NCBI GenBank assembly: GCA_048886185.1
Contig: JBHLKY010000010.1
Location: 108,526 to 140,525, forward strand
Direction of reading: 5' to 3'
DNA from: Candidatus Hermodarchaeota archaeon
GTDB taxonomy: Archaea; Asgardarchaeota; Heimdallarchaeia; Hodarchaeales; Hodarchaeaceae
DNA length: 32,000 bases
This document shows, in pieces, positions 27,003 through 32,000 of this stretch. A program made the translations under genes and the position numbers. Each line of letters starts with the position of its first letter. The first letter of the stretch is position 1. The notes under the pieces are model-generated. The model had not been told where the DNA came from, made no database searches, and was given only the letters and a program-made list of their open reading frames with translations.

Positions 27003-27275
27003 TTAACAAAAAATTAAATTAATGAATACAAATGATATATAAGGAATATCTGCTATTCCATCGTCATCTAGCTCAGTAGATGACCCTGGGTAGTAATAAT
27101 TAGACGCGAATACGGTTCCTATTCCATTATCCTCCGCTGCTCCCCAACCATTGGATACAAAATCATTCTGATAGATGAAATTATACTGGCTCTCATCTTT
27201 AGGTATCGAAATTCCCCAATTGACATTTTCGACAATGGAGTTACGACCGATTGAATTGGATAAATTACTAGCCAT
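27003..27275 (-). pseudogene. Internal fragment of a NosD-type beta-helix gene
   Basis: NSIGRNSIVENVNWGISI, YNFIYQNDF, NYY..DDDGIADIPY resemble the late part of 9252-11837; stop directly upstream; no signal peptide or anchor. Confidence 0.6.
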
Positions 27276-27484
27276 TCAAGTACTAAGAGATAGAAGAAAA
27301 CCATTAATGAGTAAATGAAACTCATTAGATCTCCCCCTGACATAACACTAAGAAATACTCCTAAAGCTCCTGGTAAAATCAAGATTTTAGGATTAAAAAG
27401 CGGTCGTGTGTGTTTATTTTCCCAAATATAATATCGAGCTTTGTCTATTAAACCAATCGTTTGACCGTTAGCCACATTGTGCAC
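27119..27484 (-). CDS. Small membrane protein, probably disrupted at its 3' end
   Basis: Two hydrophobic helices; the last ~50 codons overlap the NosD fragment out of frame. Confidence 0.45.
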   Translation of the reverse strand: MHNVANGQTIGLIDKARYYIWENKHTRPLFNPKILILPGALGVFLSVMSGGDLMSFIYSLMVFFYLLVLEWLVIYPIQSVVTPLSKMSIGEFRYLKMRASIISSIRMILYPMVGEQRRIME

Positions 27485-27494
27485 CTATTTGTTT

Positions 27495-27932
27495 TCAAAT
27501 AAGAAATAAATATAAGAAAACTCCCTGAATAATTAGGAACACTCCTAAAAACATAGAATTAGCGTTTTTAAAAAGCCAATCAACTCTTGCCTTATGGAGG
27601 CGTTTCATTTCATCTACGTGTAAACCTGAGTAAGGGACAGCATTCAAATCCTGCATTGAATCGCCAGCAGCCAATCCTCCAAGGCTTGCAAATAAACCTC
27701 CCAATCCCAGACTAATTATACTTATGAGAACTATAAAAGTGTCAATTGGAGTACTATGGGGAGGAATGAATGGTAAAATCAAATCTAGAAGATTAACTTG
27801 AAGGAAGGTAAAGATGATCAAAATAAAGGAAAAAACTAATAAAAAACCACAGACTAGTAATTCACCAAGTAAAACAGATTTAAAAAGAATCAGAAAAGTT
27901 GAATTCTGTAAATATTTATTCTCCTCAGACAT
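27495..27932 (-). CDS. Hypothetical three-TM membrane protein (ORF track start 27959)
   Basis: Three hydrophobic helices; ATG 27932 preferred as start. Confidence 0.65.
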   Translation of the reverse strand: MSEENKYLQNSTFLILFKSVLLGELLVCGFLLVFSFILIIFTFLQVNLLDLILPFIPPHSTPIDTFIVLISIISLGLGGLFASLGGLAAGDSMQDLNAVPYSGLHVDEMKRLHKARVDWLFKNANSMFLGVFLIIQGVFLYLFLI

Positions 27933-28093
27933 CTCTTGATCCCCACATGGAGGTTTCACACTAGTCCTCAGTTTTCATAGCTTATTAAATTTTCTATGGT
28001 GGAATACTCTTACATTGATATTGAAAGATCCATATATATCTAGGAAAAAAACCTCTGTCATGATAATTCATCTTTCTCTTCAAATTTAATGGA

Positions 28094-28423
28094 GTGAATT
28101 TTCGCCGGTTCAAGAATTCTGGTTCCTTTTTGATTTTCAGGACTAATCATAATGTCCTGTTTGTAATTGATCTGGTGGGAATAGGACAGCTAGTAATCCT
28201 TATAGTAGTGGGCTTCCTCCTGCAGGCAGCACTAGATTATCCAAGTGGTGCTTTAGGGGACTGGATTGTTCAGCGATGGATTCTTTTCTTTGGTTTTTCT
28301 TTCCAAGCATTAGCTTTTGCTGCCTCATTTTTTGTAGATTCCCTTTCAGGGCTGCTTGTCGTGCATATAAATTTAAATGGAATTCTTTTATTGGATATTA
28401 AACTATTCATGAGTGAATTGTAA
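28094..28423 (+). CDS. Possible small hydrophobic protein
   Basis: Only long ORF in the gap; no motif recognised; the three minus-strand frames are interrupted by stops. Confidence 0.3.
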   Translation: MNFRRFKNSGSFLIFRTNHNVLFVIDLVGIGQLVILIVVGFLLQAALDYPSGALGDWIVQRWILFFGFSFQALAFAASFFVDSLSGLLVVHINLNGILLLDIKLFMSEL

Positions 28424-28456
28424 ATAATTCTCCTCTTTTCGGAGGAAACTAGATAA

Positions 28457-29707
28457 TTATGGTTTTTTCTCATTTTTGATAAAGAGAATGATTATAGCAA
28501 TGATTATTAAGCAAAAAATAGCTGAAATTCCAAAATTGGATCTGAATGATCCCTGTGATCCAGCAAAGATACCACCTAGAATTGACCCAATTCCAAAACC
28601 GAGATTTTGACTTGCAGCTAATATTCCCATAAACGTTCCCCTTCTATCTTCGGAAATATGGTCTGCAACGAGGGCTGGGCCAGCAATAAAAAGACCAATA
28701 TAAATTGGTAAAGAATAGAATAAAGCTGGAAGGATGTAATTCTCTGTGGATATAATAAAGCTTCCCCATACTAAGAAATAACCAATATAACAAAGAATTA
28801 GAATTTCTTTGAAGCCTCTCTTTTCTCCAATTTTTCCCGCAAAATGTGAAGCTGCCGTACCACTCAATGTAGCGATGCCAAAGACCACCCCTATTAAGAA
28901 CGCAGGGGTATGAAGTTCATAAATAAAATAAATCGTTATGAATATGCCCGAAAAACCAGCTTGGAAGCTATGAAGAATGGCAATAATAAAAAGCACAATA
29001 AGAATCTTTGAGTTGAGAAGATTAGTAATTATACTATTTGAAAGTGTCTTTTTAGGATGAATAGAGCTCTCTATAAGTTCCTTGGAGGAGTGACGTAAAT
29101 CAAAAGAGAAAAAAGTAACAATTAATCCCATGAAACACGCCCCTATTGATAAAAAAAACAATGCATTCATTCCCAAGGGTTCATAGAGGAATCCTGCAAC
29201 AATTGTTCCAAAAAAGTATCCTAATGATGTTGACGCCATCAAAGAACCAAAAATATCTTCTTTATCCGTTAAACTAGCATATTTCAGGACGGCTGGATTA
29301 AAACACGCCAATAAGCTATAGATTAATACATAAGCAACGAAGAAAAGGAAAGGATCGGAGATCGATATTAATGTAAGAAAAAAGATTAAAAAAATAAGAA
29401 AACCACCCATCATCACTGTTCTTGATCCAATTTTATCGACAATCCATCCAAAGATAAAAACTGAAAAAATCATAGAAAAGAAAGGCAAACCATTAAGCAT
29501 TCCTGTGAGAAAGTAATCTCCATTAGAGATTTCAAAAAAATAGGGACTAACGAAAGGCTGAACTAACCCCCATGGAATCGTCCAGATTAGATTCACAAGT
29601 AATACTGAAACAACATTGCGGTCAGCTGAACTAACATATTGGAAACTCCACATGTTTCTAGTAATCACCATTTTTGTTTTTAGCCATATTTTAATAAGCT
29701 CAATCAT
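28457..29707 (-). CDS. MFS transporter (12-TM)
   Basis: Motif A GWIVDKIGSR, GKIGEKRG in the second half, EDRRGTFMG. Confidence 0.88.
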   Translation of the reverse strand: MIELIKIWLKTKMVITRNMWSFQYVSSADRNVVSVLLVNLIWTIPWGLVQPFVSPYFFEISNGDYFLTGMLNGLPFFSMIFSVFIFGWIVDKIGSRTVMMGGFLIFLIFFLTLISISDPFLFFVAYVLIYSLLACFNPAVLKYASLTDKEDIFGSLMASTSLGYFFGTIVAGFLYEPLGMNALFFLSIGACFMGLIVTFFSFDLRHSSKELIESSIHPKKTLSNSIITNLLNSKILIVLFIIAILHSFQAGFSGIFITIYFIYELHTPAFLIGVVFGIATLSGTAASHFAGKIGEKRGFKEILILCYIGYFLVWGSFIISTENYILPALFYSLPIYIGLFIAGPALVADHISEDRRGTFMGILAASQNLGFGIGSILGGIFAGSQGSFRSNFGISAIFCLIIIAIIILFIKNEKKP

Positions 29708-29906
29708 TAAGGCAATTTTTAACGAACCTTAAACACACCAAGGAGGACACTGTAACCTCAATTCTTCGCTCATTCTTATTTGAAACAAGAAATTGTTGCA
29801 AATATATTGTTTTTCCATACATTTTAATATGATTATTCAGGAATTCATACGAGGTTTCGTAGCAGTGTTAATCTCTATTAAACTACCTCTACAAGTTGAT
29901 TCTCCC

Positions 29907-30772
29907 ATGAAAGGGTATTATCTTAGGGATTCAGGATTATCAGAAAGGTGTATCTCAATTGAATCAGAACCAGCTCGGGAGATTCTCACAAATCATTTCT
30001 TGGTAAGTAGTCCACTTGTTTTTCTTTCACGCGAAGCTGTTAAAGATTGTATTAGATTCTTTTTTACTTTACAAAATGAATCATATACCATTTCAGAAAT
30101 AGCTGACGTTGTTCCTTTAAGTGGATCTTTAACTTATGACGTATATAACGCTTTTTTTGAACTTTTTCAGCACCCCCTCCAAAGGAGTTTTATTGGAATC
30201 AGTAGATACCGAAAGCATGATGTTTGGGATACAGAAGTTTCTTACACCAATTTTGAGGGTCTTCCTATTAATACTAAAATAGTTTTAATTGGAGATACTA
30301 TTGCAACTGGAGCTACTATTACTCAAATTATCGAATTAGTTCAAGCCCAACTTCAGGCACCAATTATCTTCGTTATCATCTCAATTGCTGGTTCATTAGT
30401 AGAGCTAGAAGACTTGTTAAACTCGAGAAATCTCTTCAAAACACTTTTCCAGATACAGAGATATGGTGTCTATTTACCGAAGCTTATTTTGGACTCGAAG
30501 CAAATGGAGCAGACATGCCAATTTTCCATCCAGACACGATCTCAACAGATAGCCTGAAAATACAAACAAATGAAAAAATTGGAAAATACTTAGGAAGGCA
30601 TCTCTGTTCCATTCTCGACTGGGGAAAACGAACAAACTCACCCTATAAACACTTTATAGAACTTAAAAAGACTCTAGAAGGATTTACCATTGATAGAAAG
30701 AATGAGTTTTATCTCTGTATGCTTAATCAATGCACGAAGTACTTAGCCACCTTAAAAAACGCAACTACGTGA
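29907..30772 (+). pseudogene. Type I phosphoribosyltransferase (UPRTase-like), split by a 1-nt frameshift at ~30402
   Basis: IVLIGDTIATGAT PRPP motif. Adding one base after GTA (30399-30401) gives GSLVGARRLVKLEKSLQ...FGLEANGADMPIFHP and joins the two ORF-track pieces into ~288 aa. Confidence 0.75.
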
Positions 30773-30773
30773 A

Positions 30774-32000
30774 TCATGATTCTATCGAACCTAAATTTTT
30801 AAATAACATAATTGATGTTTGTACCCCTTTCTCGAACCACTCGATCATAAGATTCTCATTAGGAGCATGATTGCCTTGATCTGGTTGACCGTATGGGATG
30901 ATATACATTGGTTTTCTAATGTGCTGATAAAGATTATAGAGAGGTAAACTTCCTCCTAACAATGGAACTTTTACAGGTTCTTCCCCAGAACCCTCTGTTA
31001 TTGATTTGACTAATACTTTCGTCCATTGGAGATTTACTGGGGTATAAATTGGTGCGAAACCTGCTTCAAAATTCACGGCACATCTGTCAATAATCTCTTT
31101 CCACCGTTCTGATCGTCTTTTTAGTTTTTCAAGATGCTTCAAGAATAATTTTTGGATATGAATAGGTTGTTGATGAGGGACTAGCCTGAAATCTATTTCC
31201 ACGATAGCTTCTTTTGGAATAATGGTTTTCGCATGCTCTTGAACATGCCCAGATTGAAATCCACGTACATTAAAAGTTGGTCGAAACATCACTCTATGCA
31301 CAAGGGGAGTTATATCCTGTTCTCCTCCAAAGTAGTTAATTCCGAGTAATTCTTTATACATTTTAGCAGTTCGGTTGAGCTCTTCAGCTGTTTTGATGGC
31401 TATCTCATCAGGTGTAAAGACTTCGTCATAAAATCCTTCAATAAGGCATCTACCATTTTCATCAATCATACTTTGAAGAATGTGCATCAAGTCAATAGTT
31501 GGATTTGGTTGGATACCTCCAAAATTCCCAGAATGAACGTCGCTGTTGGCGGAGATTAGATGTATCTGTGCTGTGACGATCCCTCTTGCCCCAAAACATA
31601 ATGTGGGCTTCCAAGAGGGATCCATGGGGCCATCAGACACAATTACCAGATCGATGTCTTCAAAGAAATCTTTCTCCTGAATGAGAACTTTCTCTAAATT
31701 GGGTGAACCACTTTCTTCTTCACCATCAAGTAAAAATTTAATTCTCAAACCTAGCTCTGATAATTTTGTTGTGCATTCAATTGCAACAAGATGAGCAAAA
31801 AATTGTCCTTTATTATCTCCTACCCCTCTTGCATAGATTCGCCCATCACGAATTTCAGGTTCAAATGGTGGGGAGATCCATTGATCTAAGGGTTCAGGTG
31901 ATTGAACATCATAATGTCCATAGATCAGTAGTGTCAGAATTCTTGATCCATTTTGTTCTCCAGAATTTGGTACCCATTCAGCTAAGATTACTGGATTACC
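30774..32000 (-). CDS. M20/M25/M40 metallopeptidase (ArgE/DapE/dipeptidase-like), 5'-truncated by the window edge
   Basis: The frame is open to 32000: YGHYDVQ, GRIYARGVGDNKGQ, DGEEESGSPNL, DVHSGNFGG, NHAPNE. Confidence 0.92.
   Translation of the reverse strand, partial: GNPVILAEWVPNSGEQNGSRILTLLIYGHYDVQSPEPLDQWISPPFEPEIRDGRIYARGVGDNKGQFFAHLVAIECTTKLSELGLRIKFLLDGEEESGSPNLEKVLIQEKDFFEDIDLVIVSDGPMDPSWKPTLCFGARGIVTAQIHLISANSDVHSGNFGGIQPNPTIDLMHILQSMIDENGRCLIEGFYDEVFTPDEIAIKTAEELNRTAKMYKELLGINYFGGEQDITPLVHRVMFRPTFNVRGFQSGHVQEHAKTIIPKEAIVEIDFRLVPHQQPIHIQKLFLKHLEKLKRRSERWKEIIDRCAVNFEAGFAPIYTPVNLQWTKVLVKSITEGSGEEPVKVPLLGGSLPLYNLYQHIRKPMYIIPYGQPDQGNHAPNENLMIEWFEKGVQTSIMLFKNLGSIES

Noticed and set aside
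28140-28290. Slightly GC-richer patch with GAGGAAGCCCAC on the minus strand and short hairpins, suggesting RNase P or SRP RNA
   Set aside because: The CR-I motif lacks the conserved UCC, no matching ACAGAA...GGCUUA 3' element was found, and there is no SRP helix-8 motif. An Infernal/Rfam scan would settle it.
28270-28473. Lys-rich minus-strand ORF
   Set aside because: It overlaps the MFS stop, and all minus frames are interrupted by stops; no family signal.
30395-30410. Programmed -1 ribosomal frameshift
   Set aside because: No X-XXY-YYZ slippery sequence or obvious stimulatory structure at the junction.
1-32000. CRISPR array, tRNA, rRNA, IS element or integrase
   Set aside because: No periodic direct repeats, T-loop GTTCRAATC in a cloverleaf context, terminal inverted repeats or transposase motifs were seen by eye.

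Overview
AT-rich, gene-dense archaeal window. An HMf-type histone, TATA/BRE-like promoters, GGTG/GAGG ribosome-binding sites, many TTG/GTG starts and C-terminally anchored beta-helix surface proteins point to an Asgard archaeon, Heimdallarchaeia/Hodarchaeales-like (inference, not verified by search). From left to right: (1) a truncated gamma-class N6-adenine DNA methyltransferase missing from the ORF track; (2) a co-directional minus-strand run of DinB, PuuE-like CE4 hydrolase, short arginine-deiminase-like enzyme, CsaA, a ureohydrolase with a non-arginase active site, a Zn dehydrogenase, and MFS and DMT transporters; (3) a NosD-type surface protein, a membrane Zn-ribbon protein and an Ntn hydrolase; (4) a tight FGGY kinase / LarA-family epimerase / NADP-type gnd operon that looks like a mannonate/gluconate route into the pentose phosphate pathway, with a divergent URO-D-fold gene; (5) a polytopic membrane protein with an AbrB-like tail, a surface glycoprotein with two GPS-like 'HFS' motifs, a membrane-tethered double winged-helix regulator and a surface esterase; (6) DUF3788, a histone with a hairpin/uORF leader, a chimeric relic, an MFS transporter, a frameshifted UPRTase-like gene and a truncated M20 peptidase. 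I found no rRNA, tRNA, CRISPR array or transposase. All family calls come from motifs read by eye; no database searches were run.
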